From positions 4,558-68,557 of the forward strand of contig CAMWVS010000007.1 in the NCBI GenBank assembly GCA_947177775.1: 64,000 nt of DNA, read 5' to 3'. The notes under the pieces are model-generated. The model worked only from the letters and a program-made list of their open reading frames with translations, was not told the DNA's origin and ran no database searches. The position numbers were made by a program, and so were the translations under genes. This stretch comes from an uncultured Prevotella sp. (lineage in GTDB: Bacteria > Bacteroidota > Bacteroidia > Bacteroidales > Bacteroidaceae). Of this stretch, positions 1-10,433 are shown piece after piece (the first letter of the stretch is position 1; each line of letters starts with the position of its first letter).

Positions 1-43
1 TCCCCGTTACATTAGTATACAACTATATTAATATACAAAGCTT

Positions 44-742
44 ATGAACAGAATCAAGGAATCGGCTATCATAGCCATCAGTATCGTTATCCTCGGCTTT
101 TGCCTGAAGGCCGGTATCGACAATTTTGTCAATAAGGACAGGAAAGTCACCGTCAAGGGACTTTCGGAAAAGGAAGTGGAGGCCGACAAAGTGACTTGGT
201 CCCTCCAGACAAAGGAACTTGGTGACGACCTGCAACAGCTCTACCGCAGCATCAACGTCACGACGGAAAAGGTGAAGACGTTCCTCAAGCAGAACGGCGT
301 CAAGGAAGAGGAAATCAGTGTCGGGGCGCCCGTCGTCCGCGACCTCAATGCCGAGATGTACAACAACAATATGAACCGCTACCGCTACAACATAACGTCG
401 ACCATAACCGTCACCTCACGCAACGTCAAACTCGTGCGCGGGATAATCGCCCGTCAGGGAGAACTGCTCAATCAGGGTGTCGCCGTGGTCGGTGACGGCT
501 ACAGCAACAACGTCGACTACGAATACGTATCGTTCCAGAGCATGAAGCCGGAGATGATGCGCGAGGCCATCAAGAACGCCGAGAAGACAGCTGAGCAGTT
601 TGCCGAGAGCAGCAACAGCAAGATAAGCAAGATTCTCACGGCTGACCAAGGCCAGTTCTCCATTTCGGACCGCGACGCCAACACGCCCCACATAAAGAAG
701 GTCCGTGTGGTGACGACAGTGACATATTCGCTCCGCGACTGA
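44..742 (+). CDS. SIMPL (DUF541) domain protein
   Basis: N-terminal hydrophobic anchor, VTVKGLSEKEVEAD start motif and KKVRVVTTVTY end motif typical of SIMPL/DUF541. Confidence 0.85.
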   Translation: MNRIKESAIIAISIVILGFCLKAGIDNFVNKDRKVTVKGLSEKEVEADKVTWSLQTKELGDDLQQLYRSINVTTEKVKTFLKQNGVKEEEISVGAPVVRDLNAEMYNNNMNRYRYNITSTITVTSRNVKLVRGIIARQGELLNQGVAVVGDGYSNNVDYEYVSFQSMKPEMMREAIKNAEKTAEQFAESSNSKISKILTADQGQFSISDRDANTPHIKKVRVVTTVTYSLRD

Positions 743-786
743 ACGGAGACTTTTTCACAATACATGTATAAAAACAGATAACGTCA

Positions 787-1674
787 ATGAACAAGAAAGC
801 GAAAATATTTTTTCTTAGTCTCCTCATGGCCTTGCCTCTCGTGCTGATTTCATGTGGTGACGACGACTATTATCCGCAGCACCCGGGATGGGCGGACAAT
901 GGCGGCAGCCATTTCAGCGGACCGCTCAACCAGTATGAAAAGGCACTCGTCGGCGACTATATCTCGGACGACAAGCCGGAGAGTCCGTTCTATCTCACAC
1001 TGAACTCCGACCGCACGGGCTACTGCAAATCCGTTGTCAACGGCAAGGTGGAACTGGAAGACGGCTTCCGCTGGGAGGCGACGGCAAACACATTGACGGT
1101 CTTATACGACAGTGACAAGAGCACAGCCGAAATGGCCTACAGCTTCGGCGACGGCCATCTGGTTGTTGACGGCATCCCGCTCGTCATCAACGAGGGCAAC
1201 ACCGGCGGAGACAACAAGCCGCAGACACCGCTCATCGGTATGTGGCAGGGCACTATCAACGGCTACTACAGCGAAGTGTGGGGACTGGAGGGTGACAACT
1301 ATATGACGGTCTGCGAGTTCATGGCCGATGGAAATGGACGCCAGCTGGACTATGACCGCTTCAGTCCGCGGACGGATTTCGCCTACACACCGTTCACGTG
1401 GATGCAGACTCAGGACGCCGTGACCATAGCCTACGCCCCGGACAGCCATCTTTCGGCCGTACGGATTTCCGACTTTGCCCTGACCGATGTCGAGTTCTCC
1501 GGCCGCATGGCATACGGCGACAAGACATTCACATTCGCCATGGGACGCATAACGTCCTTCGACTGGTCGCCATACACGGGTCCGCAGAACGTCTCGCCCG
1601 CCGGCCACGGACTGGCTGCAAAGCGCAAGACTGTTTCGCTGATTGTGCGTCAGGGCATCTTTGCCGACCGCTGA
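787..1674 (+). CDS. Surface lipoprotein with two lipocalin-like repeats
   Basis: Lipobox LISC followed by acidic GDDD; two similar modules (ALVGDY.. and PLIGMWQG..). Confidence 0.65.
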   Translation: MNKKAKIFFLSLLMALPLVLISCGDDDYYPQHPGWADNGGSHFSGPLNQYEKALVGDYISDDKPESPFYLTLNSDRTGYCKSVVNGKVELEDGFRWEATANTLTVLYDSDKSTAEMAYSFGDGHLVVDGIPLVINEGNTGGDNKPQTPLIGMWQGTINGYYSEVWGLEGDNYMTVCEFMADGNGRQLDYDRFSPRTDFAYTPFTWMQTQDAVTIAYAPDSHLSAVRISDFALTDVEFSGRMAYGDKTFTFAMGRITSFDWSPYTGPQNVSPAGHGLAAKRKTVSLIVRQGIFADR

Positions 1675-1739
1675 AAAGCGTTGAAAATGACTGACGGAAG
1701 TTAAAACGACCGGCGGAATTGCTCTTTTTGTCGGAATAA

Positions 1740-1771
1740 TTTGTCTGTTCTGCTGAAAATCAGTACTTTTG
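1740..1771 (+). promoter_or_regulatory. Bacteroidota housekeeping promoter for fabI
   Basis: TTTG at 1740-1743 and TACTTTTG at 1764-1771 match the -33/-7 consensus. Confidence 0.65.
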
Positions 1772-1808
1772 CCGGTCGAAAATAAATCAAATGTATATCA
1801 GAACAAGT

Positions 1809-2666
1809 ATGAGTTACAATTTATTGAAAGGTAAGCGCGGAATCATTTTCGGCGCGCTCAACGAAGAATCTATAGCATGGAAGGTGGCCGTGAAAGCCGT
1901 AGAGGAAGGCGCCACCATCACACTTAGCAATACACCGATGGCCCTGCGCATGGGCGAGCTGGACGGTCTGAGCAAGCAGCTCAACGCTCCGGTAATTCCG
2001 GCCGACGCCACCAGTGTTGAAGACCTCAACAAAGTATTTGAAGAGTCAGTGCGCCTGCTGGGCGGTAAGATTGACTTCGTGCTCCACTCAATCGGCATGA
2101 GCCCCAACGTCCGCAAGCACCGTACGTATGACGATCTCGACTACAACTATCTTCAGAAGACTCTGGACATCTCCGCCATTTCGTTCCACAAGATGCTTCA
2201 GGTGGCCAAGAAGCAGGATGCCATCGCCGAATACGGTTCGGTGGTAGCTCTGACATACGTCGCTTCACAGCGCACATTCTTCGGTTACAACGACATGGCC
2301 GACGCCAAGAGCATGCTGGAGAGCATCGCGCGCAGCTTCGGCTACATCTACGGCCGCGAGAAGAACGTGCGTGTGAACACCATATCCCAGTCGCCGACGG
2401 CCACAACGGCCGGCAAGGGCATCAAGGACATGGACAACATGATGGACTTCGCCAGCAAGATGTCGCCTCTGGGCAACGCTACGGCTGAGGAGTGCGCCAA
2501 CTATTGCGTCATGATGTTCTCCGACTTCACACGCAAGGTTACCATGCAGAACCTCTTCCACGACGGCGGTTTCTCGTCAATGGGTATGAGTCTGAGAGCC
2601 ATGAACCAGTATGCCAAGGACCTCGCTCCCTACGAGGACGAGAACGGCAAGGTTATATACGGGTAA
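1809..2666 (+). CDS. fabI: Enoyl-ACP reductase
   Basis: LKGKRGIIFGALNEESIAW, catalytic YNDMADAK, NLFHDGG; start placed at MSYNLL. Confidence 0.92.
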   Translation: MSYNLLKGKRGIIFGALNEESIAWKVAVKAVEEGATITLSNTPMALRMGELDGLSKQLNAPVIPADATSVEDLNKVFEESVRLLGGKIDFVLHSIGMSPNVRKHRTYDDLDYNYLQKTLDISAISFHKMLQVAKKQDAIAEYGSVVALTYVASQRTFFGYNDMADAKSMLESIARSFGYIYGREKNVRVNTISQSPTATTAGKGIKDMDNMMDFASKMSPLGNATAEECANYCVMMFSDFTRKVTMQNLFHDGGFSSMGMSLRAMNQYAKDLAPYEDENGKVIYG

Positions 2667-2672
2667 AAAACG

Positions 2673-2775
2673 AACCTGAGCCCCGAACCTAAAACCCACC
2701 CCAACTCTCCCGAAAGGAGCGTTGGGGTGGGTTTTAGGTTCGGGGTTCAGGTTTTTTAGGTTCGGGGTTCAGGTC
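2673..2775. terminator. Long inverted repeat, probable bidirectional terminator, with 22-bp tandem duplication
   Basis: 33-nt arms 2673-2705 and 2721-2753 (one mismatch) between convergent fabI and PAP2; TTTTAGGTTCGGGGTTCAGGT repeated at 22-bp spacing. Confidence 0.75.
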
Positions 2776-2779
2776 TTCT

Positions 2780-3355
2780 TCATTTTATCCTTATCGCCAC
2801 ATCCAGCCCATTCCCCCTCACACTCATGCTGATGTCGCTTTCCGGGAACAGTTTGGTCAGGAAACGGTCCACCAGAAAATAGCTCAGCTCGGTTGACAGA
2901 ATACCGATTCCCGCTCCGGCAGCCACGTCGTGCCAGTGGTGGCGGTCACGTCTGACGCGGTCAACGGCCGTCAGTGTGGCCACGGCATAGCCCCCTACAC
3001 TGACCCACGGCGACACATGGCCGAACTCGTGGTGCAGCACGGTGGCGCCGGAGAAGGCTACGGCAGAATGGCCGGAAGGAAAGGAGCGGCGGTCGGAATG
3101 GTCAGGGCGCCACTCGTTGATGCTGCATTTCAGGGCGTATGTAACACCGGCGCTGACCGCGAGGGACGTGACGGCGTTTGCCGTAAGCTGCGGCCAGGTG
3201 TGACTGTTGTCCGTGCCACAGGCTTTCAGAATGAAGACAGCAGCATAGGGGGTATATTGAAGAATGTCGTCAGGACCGTTGCCGTGGCGCTGTTGCGCCC
3301 GGCCGACAGTCGCAAAGGTGCATATCAGTATCGCGATAAAAACAATATTTCTCAT
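2780..3355 (-). CDS. PAP2-family phosphatase
   Basis: K..INEWRP, SFPSGH and R...RHHWHDV motifs. Confidence 0.88.
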   Translation of the reverse strand: MRNIVFIAILICTFATVGRAQQRHGNGPDDILQYTPYAAVFILKACGTDNSHTWPQLTANAVTSLAVSAGVTYALKCSINEWRPDHSDRRSFPSGHSAVAFSGATVLHHEFGHVSPWVSVGGYAVATLTAVDRVRRDRHHWHDVAAGAGIGILSTELSYFLVDRFLTKLFPESDISMSVRGNGLDVAIRIK

Positions 3356-3359
3356 TTCT

Positions 3360-4037
3360 TTAATAATCGTTTGGATCAGGCTGTGTGTGTCGGAAAATCT
3401 CTGTCAGCGGTTTCATGGCTGACGTCTGGTGTTCAAATTCTTCTTTCGGAACAAATCTGACACGGAGTGTACGCACGACGGAGAAGCCGGCGAAGCGGTC
3501 GTCGTCGGTGGAAAACCACTGCCATGTGGCCACGCCGCGGCTATCTCTGGCCTGCTGGGTTACCGTCTGGACATATTTGGGATTGACCACCGTCAGCATG
3601 TACCTCCCGTCGCTGGAGGTCAGCGCCATCACGAGCCGCTCACGTTTGTGGTTCCGGCCGGCCACTGTCCACTGGCTGGTGTCAGCACGTATGCTGATGT
3701 TGAGGCCGGCGGCGTTGAGCCGTGCCATTTCCCAGCAGAACATCCGGCCATGGGGTGAGGCGTCACGGAGGTTGTTTAACACTAAGTTGTAGTGGATCAT
3801 CTCATGTGCGACGATGTCCCGCAGGGTTTCCTCTGTGATGTCGTAGTATGTGCTCACCTTGATTGTATGGTCCTTTGTGCCCCTTCCGAACGACTTTCGT
3901 TTGCAACAGAACTGGCCGAGGATGGTTCTGGAGCGGGTCAGGATGAAGCGCGGTTCGGGCAGGTCGCTGTCGAAATAGTCACGGTTGAGAACGTAGAAGA
4001 GGCTGCGCAGGAGTTCTATGGTTATGTAGCATTTCAC
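3360..4037 (-). CDS. SprT-like zinc metalloprotease domain protein
   Basis: HEMIH zincin motif followed by HGRMF. Confidence 0.85.
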   Translation of the reverse strand: MKCYITIELLRSLFYVLNRDYFDSDLPEPRFILTRSRTILGQFCCKRKSFGRGTKDHTIKVSTYYDITEETLRDIVAHEMIHYNLVLNNLRDASPHGRMFCWEMARLNAAGLNISIRADTSQWTVAGRNHKRERLVMALTSSDGRYMLTVVNPKYVQTVTQQARDSRGVATWQWFSTDDDRFAGFSVVRTLRVRFVPKEEFEHQTSAMKPLTEIFRHTQPDPNDY

Positions 4038-4043
4038 TGATGG

Positions 4044-5354
4044 TCAGATTGACAGGCTGGACTTGATGTCCAGATATTTGTTTATTACGTTGATTGAAAG
4101 GTTCTCCGGTGTGGTGAGCAGGCTCATGATGCCGTTGCGTCGGAGTGCCGAGACGGTCATGCGCTGCTCGGCTACGCAGCGGGCGGCAATGACGTGGCGA
4201 TAGTATTCCTCCGTGTTCGCTGCCCTGCCTGCGGCATAGTCCCTGACCTCGCGATCCTCAAAGAACACGACGAGAAGCCGGTGACGGCCGTTGAGCTGGC
4301 GAAGATAGGGCAACTGGCGTTCCATTGACGCCTTGCCGGCAAAGTTGGTGAAGAGCACGAGCAGCGAACGCTTTGGCAGGTGAGTGTTTATTCCGGTCAC
4401 GAGTGAAAAGAAATCGCTCTCGCCGAACGTTGTTTCAAGAGCGTAGAGACTTTCCTGCATGCGTTGCATCTGACCCGGACGGCGGGATGGCGGGATGTTG
4501 CCGCAGAACTCTTCGCAGAACGTCACGAGGCCGGCCTTGTCGCCCTTATGTATGGCGACGTAGGAGAGAACGAGCGCGGCATTGATGGAATAGTCCAGAA
4601 GGGACATTCCGAGGAACGACTGCTGCATGGCGCGGCCCTTGTCTATCACCGCCACGACCTGCTGCGAGCGTTCGTCCTGACATACATTGACCATTAGCCG
4701 GTGCTGCCGGGCTGTCGCTTTCCAGTTTATCATACGGTAGTCGTCGCCCTTGACATAGTCCTTTATCTGCTCGAACTCAGTGCTGTGGCCCGCCCGTCTG
4801 ATGCGTTTCACGCCCATGTCGGTCAGCCGGTTGCTGATAGCGAGCAGCTCGTAGCGGTGGAGCATGAGATAGGATGGATAGACTTTGATATCTTCCGGCC
4901 GGCCGCAGGTGAAGCGGCGCTGGAGCAGTCCGACGGCCGTAGAGGCGAAAACGCGTATCCGCCCGAAGCCGTAGACACCGCGGGCGGTCGGCCGCAGGGT
5001 GTAGGTGACGGTCTTGCCCTGACCTGATTTCAGTTTCAGCGGGAAGCAGATGTCGCGCCGTTGGAACACCGCCGGAATCTCGTCGATGACCTCAGCCACA
5101 ACACCGAAACCGTATGTGCTCTCCACCCGCAGCCTAACTTCATTGTCGTCGCCGTTGGAAAACCTGTCGGAGCAATTCCGCCATGCCTCCATTCCGCGGC
5201 GGCTCCACAGCAGTGCGGCCTCCGCTGCGATTAGAACACCCATGACGGCGAGCAGAATAAGGCCGACGGAATATAGCGGCGGATAGACATATCCTCCGGC
5301 GATAACGAGAATGACGGCTGTAGCCGCTATGTAGAACCTACGGGTGGGGAACAT
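4044..5354 (-). CDS. DUF58 domain protein (MoxR partner, VWA-like)
   Basis: Two N-terminal TM helices, EFEQIKDYVKGDDYRMINWKATAR signature. Confidence 0.9.
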   Translation of the reverse strand: MFPTRRFYIAATAVILVIAGGYVYPPLYSVGLILLAVMGVLIAAEAALLWSRRGMEAWRNCSDRFSNGDDNEVRLRVESTYGFGVVAEVIDEIPAVFQRRDICFPLKLKSGQGKTVTYTLRPTARGVYGFGRIRVFASTAVGLLQRRFTCGRPEDIKVYPSYLMLHRYELLAISNRLTDMGVKRIRRAGHSTEFEQIKDYVKGDDYRMINWKATARQHRLMVNVCQDERSQQVVAVIDKGRAMQQSFLGMSLLDYSINAALVLSYVAIHKGDKAGLVTFCEEFCGNIPPSRRPGQMQRMQESLYALETTFGESDFFSLVTGINTHLPKRSLLVLFTNFAGKASMERQLPYLRQLNGRHRLLVVFFEDREVRDYAAGRAANTEEYYRHVIAARCVAEQRMTVSALRRNGIMSLLTTPENLSINVINKYLDIKSSLSI

Positions 5355-5367
5355 CTGACGGGTGTTT

Positions 5368-6330
5368 CTATTTCGGAACTTCTACCTTTTCAATGAGTTT
5401 CCGGGCCACTTTTAGCGGCGTGTAGCCTTCCATTTCAGCCTCCGCCGTGAGTATGAGGCGGTGCTGGAGGACGTGCGGCGTGACGGTCTTGATGTCGTCC
5501 GGTGTTACGAAATCGCGTCCCTGAATCAGTGCGTATGCCTTTGACGCCTGCAGCATGGCCACCGATGCACGCGGAGAAGCTCCGAGATAAACGGCGCGGG
5601 ACGTGCGGGTCTGACGCACTATCTGCGCGATATAGTTCAGGAGCGAACCGTCCACAACCACAGCGGTCATCATTTCGCGCAGCCGCAGCAGTTCGGCGGG
5701 CGACAGCACCGGCTCCATATCGTCCAGACGGGCGAACGACGCTTTTGCCTGATGACGCTCAAGAATGGCCACTTCCTCCTCTACGGACGGATAGCCCATC
5801 GTTATTTTCATAAGGAAACGGTCAAGCTGAGCCTCCGGAAGTTTGTATGTTCCTTCCTGCTCGACGGGGTTCTGTGTGGCCAGAATGGTATAGATGTCGC
5901 CCATCCGGCGGGTCGTTCCGTCAACGGAGACCTGCCGTTCCTCCATGACCTCAAAGAGGGCCGCCTGCGTTTTGGCCGGTGCACGGTTTATTTCGTCCAC
6001 GAGTATGATGTCGGCGAAGACAGGACCGGGGTGGAAATCAAATTCCGAGGTCTTCATGTTGAACACCGTCGTGCCGAGAACGTCGCTCGGCATGAGGTCC
6101 GGAGTGAACTGCACACGGGAGAAACGCGTGTCAATCAGCCGTGAAATGAGTCGCGCCAACAGTGTTTTGGCAACACCTGGGACGCCTTCTATCAGCACGT
6201 GGCCGTCGGCGAGGATGCACGTCAGCACCATGTCGACAGCTTCTTCCTGCCCCACTATGACCCGGGCTATGCTGCTCCGGAGCTGCCGTATCTTCCCGCT
6301 AAAAGCGGTAAGGTCTGTTCTCTGTTCCAT
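5368..6330 (-). CDS. MoxR-family AAA+ ATPase
   Basis: GVPGVAKT, RVQFTPDLMPSD, DEINRA, ATQNPVEQEGTYKLPEAQLDRF. Confidence 0.95.
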   Translation of the reverse strand: MEQRTDLTAFSGKIRQLRSSIARVIVGQEEAVDMVLTCILADGHVLIEGVPGVAKTLLARLISRLIDTRFSRVQFTPDLMPSDVLGTTVFNMKTSEFDFHPGPVFADIILVDEINRAPAKTQAALFEVMEERQVSVDGTTRRMGDIYTILATQNPVEQEGTYKLPEAQLDRFLMKITMGYPSVEEEVAILERHQAKASFARLDDMEPVLSPAELLRLREMMTAVVVDGSLLNYIAQIVRQTRTSRAVYLGASPRASVAMLQASKAYALIQGRDFVTPDDIKTVTPHVLQHRLILTAEAEMEGYTPLKVARKLIEKVEVPK

Positions 6331-6334
6331 ATTT

Positions 6335-7594
6335 CTATGTTATTTTGTCTGTAATCATGTTCATGTTGTCCACATACAGCTGCATGCCGGCTGCCGTCGC
6401 AATCATCTCTCCGTCGACGACAAGCCTGATGTCGCCTATCATCCGGGCAATGTCCTCATGCGGAATTCCGGTCTGGCGGGCTATTTCTCCGAAGTTGCGG
6501 CTGTCCTCCCTGACGTCGGTTATGTCCACCATAAGCAGGCGGCGCAGCTCTTCGGTAAAGAGTGAATAGCGTTTCCGCACAAGATCGGAGTGGTCCTTGC
6601 GGTTGAAATAGAGCGTCCCGATGGTCTTGATGAATTCCAGCGAGCGGTTGACAGGCGGCGCGATGACAGGAATGACACGCTGACGGCGGCGCGCTTCTGA
6701 CAGCATCAGCAACAGGATGAGGCCCAAAGCGAGGTATAAAGCCGTGCGAAGAGGCGGCTGGCTGAGGAAATATCTCAGCGGGGAAGCGCTTCTCATGTCA
6801 GCTTCCGGCGACTTCATATAGGCAGTGGTGCGAATGACCGGCGCGTCGGCAATGTGGGACATGAGGCGCATGAGAAACTCCGTGGTGTTGCTGTCAAGCG
6901 CTCCGTAGTTTGTGAACAGCAGTGGAGTGGAAACGAAATATACCTCCCCCTTGTTCTTACGGCATCTCACAGCCATTACGGATGAGGCTCTGCTGTCCCG
7001 TTTTGCTGACAGTTTCGTGGCGAGAACGTCATGACTGCTGTCCGCGATGTGGCCGATATAGGACTGCACCATCATCTCGCAGACTGAATATATGCGTTCT
7101 CCGTAGACGCCTCCCCCGGCCTCCCAGCATATCGTGTCGTACGCTCCGGCGATGTCGTCCTTAAGCTTTTTCTTTAGAACGGCAATATTGAAGTAGTCTT
7201 CCCCGACAGGACTTGCGCCGAAATTCTCCATAAGGACGCTATCGGGAGTGTAGCTGTCGCGGCTTGCCACAATCATGACTTTGCCGCCGCGGGACGTTAT
7301 CCGCCTGATGGCGGCAATGTCCGTTCCGGTCAACGAAAGCCTGTCGGTAATCAGAAGGACATTGTGCGGTTTCTTCCCAAGGCTTATCTGGCGCAGCGTT
7401 CGCGGCATTACGGCATATCCGTTGGGTAGCGACGCGCCCATCACGCTGTCGAAAACCATACAGCCGAAGGGGTTCTTATCTGTCGGCGAGAACGTCGGCT
7501 GCCACGAATAACGCTTCGGCATCCGGAAATTGACAACAATCATGACGATGAACAAGGCCGCAATGCCGGCCAGAAAGAACTTGTTCATTTTCAT
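6335..7594 (-). CDS. DUF4350 domain membrane protein
   Basis: N-terminal TM, WQPTFS..DKNPFG, second TM followed by RRRQRVIPVI..PVNRSLEF; position in MoxR cluster. Confidence 0.75.
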   Translation of the reverse strand: MKMNKFFLAGIAALFIVMIVVNFRMPKRYSWQPTFSPTDKNPFGCMVFDSVMGASLPNGYAVMPRTLRQISLGKKPHNVLLITDRLSLTGTDIAAIRRITSRGGKVMIVASRDSYTPDSVLMENFGASPVGEDYFNIAVLKKKLKDDIAGAYDTICWEAGGGVYGERIYSVCEMMVQSYIGHIADSSHDVLATKLSAKRDSRASSVMAVRCRKNKGEVYFVSTPLLFTNYGALDSNTTEFLMRLMSHIADAPVIRTTAYMKSPEADMRSASPLRYFLSQPPLRTALYLALGLILLLMLSEARRRQRVIPVIAPPVNRSLEFIKTIGTLYFNRKDHSDLVRKRYSLFTEELRRLLMVDITDVREDSRNFGEIARQTGIPHEDIARMIGDIRLVVDGEMIATAAGMQLYVDNMNMITDKIT

Positions 7595-8283
7595 CCGGCA
7601 CCTCCTTTCCGCCCATTCAGTCCTTCCAACCCTTCCGAAGTCTTTTCCCGAGCTGTTTCCGGCGTCCTTTTCGGTGCTTTGCCAACGATGTTTCCGCCAA
7701 TCCGCGTCATCTCACCGATGGTCTCGCGGGTAGCCGGAAAATTGCCGTAGCGCACCCGAAGGAACATATCGGAGAAATAGCGGAAATCAGTCGTGGCCAC
7801 TTCTGCGGCATATTGGGTCGGCGTCTTGGACGGTTCCCAAATGATACGACCCTCGTCTTCCAGCTGTTTCAGGACGTAGAGATAGGTCATTCTCACGGCT
7901 CCGCGCCAGTCCTCTCGTTCCATTGCCGCCGCTATTTCGGCCGGAAAGTCAACACCGTAGATTGTGTCCTCCGCAACTTCATAGCCTACCGGCGTCTTCC
8001 TTCCGCTGCTTCCGAAAAGCGCCGGCCTGAAGCGGACTATCAACGCGGCCACTCCCGCGATACAGCCGAGCACAACCAGCGTCCATATCAGCGTCTCGTT
8101 GTCGTTGTAGAACCGGCTGCCGAAGACGGCGTCGAACATCTTCGAGAGCTGCGAAGCTATCCACTGGCCCACGCTGAAGTCCGACTGCACCATTTCGCGG
8201 GTGTAGTCGAAGTCCTCGTTTGCCCGCAATGCGTTCAGCATAGCGGTGTCGGCGGTCAGGGTGTCGGCGGCGTTCTGGAACAT
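7591..8283 (-). CDS. DUF4129 domain protein
   Basis: Single TM then A...DWRGAVR..YL..L, KTPTQY, F..VRYG; ATGA overlap with next gene. Confidence 0.75.
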   Translation of the reverse strand: MFQNAADTLTADTAMLNALRANEDFDYTREMVQSDFSVGQWIASQLSKMFDAVFGSRFYNDNETLIWTLVVLGCIAGVAALIVRFRPALFGSSGRKTPVGYEVAEDTIYGVDFPAEIAAAMEREDWRGAVRMTYLYVLKQLEDEGRIIWEPSKTPTQYAAEVATTDFRYFSDMFLRVRYGNFPATRETIGEMTRIGGNIVGKAPKRTPETAREKTSEGLEGLNGRKGGAG

Positions 8284-8334
8284 GCGGTTTCTTCTTTGTG
8301 CCGTGATTACGGCCAGATGGATTTGTTATCAGGG

Positions 8335-9342
8335 TCAGATGGATTCAAAATTGTCTATGTCGTCCTTCGTTCCGAAGAGTCTGCTGTCGTCAGCACTGGT
8401 GTCCGTCAGCTCCTCGAAGCGGTCAACGTCGCGCCTCACGGACATTCCGTCAATCTTCTCGGCGGCGTGGCCGTAAAGGAAAGTGCCGCCCGTCATGAAG
8501 AGAGCATAGCTCAGAAGCATTCCGAAAACCTGTATCACAGCAAACACATACATTCCTGTTGAGTAGAGAAAAGAATTCGTTATGCCGTTGTCCAGGTTTC
8601 CCTGAACATTCATGAATATCTGTATTCCGCTCATAATATATAGCGGAATGGAGCAAACACCCGCCACGATATAGGATATTAATGCCAGTATGAACGTCAC
8701 GCCGAATATTCCGGCCCACGTCCTGAAGCCGAGACGGAAAGCCCGCGACATGGCTTTGCCGATGGTGATGTCTTCAAAAAGATAGACAGGAAGAGCCAGC
8801 TGGAGCGGATAAACACATATAAGGACGGCAACGTAAAGCAAAACAATCCCCCAAATCATGCCGTCACCCATCATCGCTATAAGTCCGCCAAAGACAGCGC
8901 AGACAAGTATGAATACAGCCATAATTGTCAGTTCCATGGCCATGGAGCGTTTTATGCCGCGCCAAAGTGTCGGGCGGAATTCGCTGAACGTCAGTCCGGC
9001 GAGTCGCTCCGGCTGCTCCATGTATATCCTGATAAGTCCGTTGACTACGGCCGAGATGAAGGCGATGGCAAGAAAAATCGTAATAAGATTTATGAAAGTG
9101 TAGCCTATTATAGACATTACATAGTCGTATGGGGCGTTTTCTATTTCCGCCGTATTCATCATCAAACCACTCTGTCCGAGGAGCGAATTGAGCGTTTTGC
9201 CCTGTATCAGGGCCAGCGGCAGGAGCAGATAGGTCAGAAAGAGAAACATCGGTTTCTTGGTCTCGGCAATGAAGTCGAAAGTGACGGCCAGCTTGTTGCT
9301 GAACGAGCGTACAGCGTAGAGTTCAATCTTAGGCTTTTTCAT
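8335..9342 (-). CDS. Polytopic membrane protein of the MoxR/SpoIIM cluster
   Basis: About 6 hydrophobic segments; start placed at MKKPKIELY to avoid overlap with upstream gene. Confidence 0.7.
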   Translation of the reverse strand: MKKPKIELYAVRSFSNKLAVTFDFIAETKKPMFLFLTYLLLPLALIQGKTLNSLLGQSGLMMNTAEIENAPYDYVMSIIGYTFINLITIFLAIAFISAVVNGLIRIYMEQPERLAGLTFSEFRPTLWRGIKRSMAMELTIMAVFILVCAVFGGLIAMMGDGMIWGIVLLYVAVLICVYPLQLALPVYLFEDITIGKAMSRAFRLGFRTWAGIFGVTFILALISYIVAGVCSIPLYIMSGIQIFMNVQGNLDNGITNSFLYSTGMYVFAVIQVFGMLLSYALFMTGGTFLYGHAAEKIDGMSVRRDVDRFEELTDTSADDSRLFGTKDDIDNFESI

Positions 9343-9361
9343 ATAATTTATTTTTTTACGG

Positions 9362-10375
9362 TTAGTCGGTTGTTCTTCGCCGATTGTATGGTTGTTCATC
9401 AGCGGTCGGTTGTTGTTTGCCGGTCATCCGGCGGTGTGTCCGTCGCGGCAGCACTACATAATAATAGATAACGAACGCCAGCGAGAGCAGGATGACGCTC
9501 AGACGCAACAGGTCGGGCAGTCCGGTGTGACGCGTGATGAATCCCTCTATGAATCCGGCCACTGTAAAGATGGGCACCGTTCCCACGACAATCTTCAGGC
9601 CGCGCCGTGCTCCGCGTCTGAATGAGACGCCGCGCGAATATGTCCCCAGATGAAGCCAGCCGCTGCCGAGGGCCAGTCCGGCTGCACCGGCCACGATGAT
9701 GGCCGAAATCTCAAGCGTTCCGTGGAGCATCACGGCCAGCAGCGACTCGCGGAGAAGTCCGTGTTGCCACAGCATGGTCTCGAAACAGCCCAACATGATT
9801 CCGTTCTGGAACAGACACCAGCCCGTTCCAATGGCCGTGAAGATGCCGAGAACGAATGTCCGGAAGGCCACGCCTATATTATTGAACGTTATTCCGAGAA
9901 ACATCTGTGTTTCATCTGTGCCGGCATAGACATCCATCGGTTTGCCACGGGCTATGTTTTCCAGTGTCATGTCGACATAGCCGTCGCCCAGTATGACGCG
10001 CACGAACTCGGGGTCGGCTGCTTGGGAGACGACGCCTATGAGCATACTGAAAATGGTGACAAGCAGCGAAATCATGAGCATGCGGCGCTCACGATACATC
10101 ACCAACGGCACTTCGCGGGTCCAGAACGTCAGCACACGAGTCCATTTCTCGCGCTTCCTCACGTATATTTCATTGTGGAGTGCGGAAGCAAGATTGTTGA
10201 GATAGGCCGTTATACGTGACGTCGGGTAGTGGGTCCGGGCGAAAGCCAGATCTGTGGTGATGGCGGTGTAGACCTCCGCCAGCTCGTCTGGGGTGTGCTG
10301 TGCAATGGTGTCCATTACGAACTCAGCCTTATGCCACCGTTCGATATTGTTGCGTATGAAAACCAGTTCTTTCAT
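9362..10375 (-). CDS. Stage II sporulation protein M (DUF95) family membrane protein
   Basis: DLAFARTHYP, ITFNNIGVAF, NGIMLG, HGTLEISAI, AGFIEGFIT; start at MKELVF just downstream of a -7 box. Confidence 0.85.
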   Translation of the reverse strand: MKELVFIRNNIERWHKAEFVMDTIAQHTPDELAEVYTAITTDLAFARTHYPTSRITAYLNNLASALHNEIYVRKREKWTRVLTFWTREVPLVMYRERRMLMISLLVTIFSMLIGVVSQAADPEFVRVILGDGYVDMTLENIARGKPMDVYAGTDETQMFLGITFNNIGVAFRTFVLGIFTAIGTGWCLFQNGIMLGCFETMLWQHGLLRESLLAVMLHGTLEISAIIVAGAAGLALGSGWLHLGTYSRGVSFRRGARRGLKIVVGTVPIFTVAGFIEGFITRHTGLPDLLRLSVILLSLAFVIYYYVVLPRRTHRRMTGKQQPTADEQPYNRRRTTD

Positions 10376-10385
10376 TAATACATTA

Positions 10386-10413
10386 CAAAAGTATAAAAAA
10401 ATGGCTATATTTG
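10386..10413. promoter_or_regulatory. Back-to-back divergent -7 promoter boxes
   Basis: TACTTTTG on minus strand (10386-10393) and TATATTTG on plus strand (10406-10413). Confidence 0.6.
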
Positions 10414-10433
10414 CAACATAATTAAAACAAAAT

